Below, piece by piece: positions 7,610 through 7,980 of a DNA stretch of 7,980 nucleotides (position 1 is its first letter; every line of letters starts with the position of its first letter). Under the pieces are notes generated by a model. That model saw nothing but the letters and a program-made list of their open reading frames with translations. It was not told where the DNA came from and searched no databases. The DNA lies in the NCBI RefSeq assembly GCF_000143415.4, contig NW_003314288.1:467448-475427 (forward strand). The letters run 5' to 3'. This DNA comes from Selaginella moellendorffii. Lineage: Eukaryota; Plantae; Lycopodiophyta. Both the position numbers and the translations under genes were made by a program.

Positions 7610-7830
7610 GCCTCAAAGTTACACTTGGCATGATTGCACTGCAACTAATCTATTAAAAGAATAAGGTCAAAAGCTTGACTCAACGCCACCCACAATGACT
7701 ACAACTCAAGCTCAAGATCACCCACACGCACAACCAGGTCCATCTCATCCCTTGCACATGCATGTGTACGGCCGTTGCCATAAAGAATGAAAACTAGTTC
7801 CGCCATACGACGCAAGTGTAGACAGCAAAA
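7610..7830 (-). pseudogene. pol: Retropepsin (aspartic protease), C-terminal half only
   Basis: Manual translation gives LHLRRMAELVFILYGNGRTH...DLVVRVGDLELEL*SLWVALSQAFDLILLID*LQCNHAKCNF. This matches the flap (xGNG) and the D-I-I-L-G-x-D-W-L motif. It is in frame with the RT. The catalytic D-S/T-G is absent because the element is truncated upstream. Confidence 0.75.
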
Positions 7831-7980
7831 TGGAGCCATTCGCACTTGCTCTTTATTTTTGAAATGTGTTAAATTTAAGTGATGAATACATTCGCACTAT
7901 GTTTTACAATAAAGTAAATAACTTTACATTAAAATTTATGATATTTTTTTAAAACATTTTGATTCGCACATAGTGCTAAC

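Larger units (their letters stand above)
3925..7835 (-). mobile_element. Degenerate Ty3/Gypsy LTR retrotransposon, 5'-truncated (no gag or 5' LTR visible), without chromodomain
   Basis: Minus-strand domain order is protease, RT, RNase H, integrase, PPT, LTR. Integrase lying after RNase H is the Ty3/Gypsy order. Multiple stops and frameshifts are present. The right boundary is approximate. Confidence 0.95.

Noticed and set aside
4009-7631. Short ORFs 4009-4209, 4792-5076, 4928-5143, 6869-7075, 7194-7394, 7358-7585 and 7413-7631
   Set aside because: They are antisense or alternate-frame shadows of pol or the LTR, with no recognisable motifs.
1-7980. CRISPR array, tRNA/rRNA genes or a prokaryotic operon
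   Set aside because: I saw no regularly spaced repeat-spacer pattern or RNA gene signature. The content is eukaryotic TE-derived.

Overview
Eukaryotic, probably land-plant, heterochromatin made of nested, decayed mobile elements, with two assembly gaps (1059-1937 and 5343-6164). I see no intact host gene. The clearest feature is a degenerate minus-strand Ty3/Gypsy LTR retrotransposon (about 7835 to 3925) in PR-RT-RNaseH-IN order. It has a PPT, a short 175-bp 3' LTR with TG...CA inverted termini and no chromodomain. It is truncated within the protease and appears to be interrupted by a hAT-like DNA transposon lying mostly in the second gap. To the left are relics of at least one more minus-strand LTR element: an LTR end, a tRNA-Gln-like PBS and a gag-like frame. 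The most unusual signal is a ~620-bp minus-strand frame at 204-827 that interrupts this gag relic. By eye it resembles the C-terminal half of a D5/P4-family (SF3) primase-helicase, which would point to viral, plasmid or organellar mobile DNA. All calls come from manual translation and motif recognition; no searches were run.
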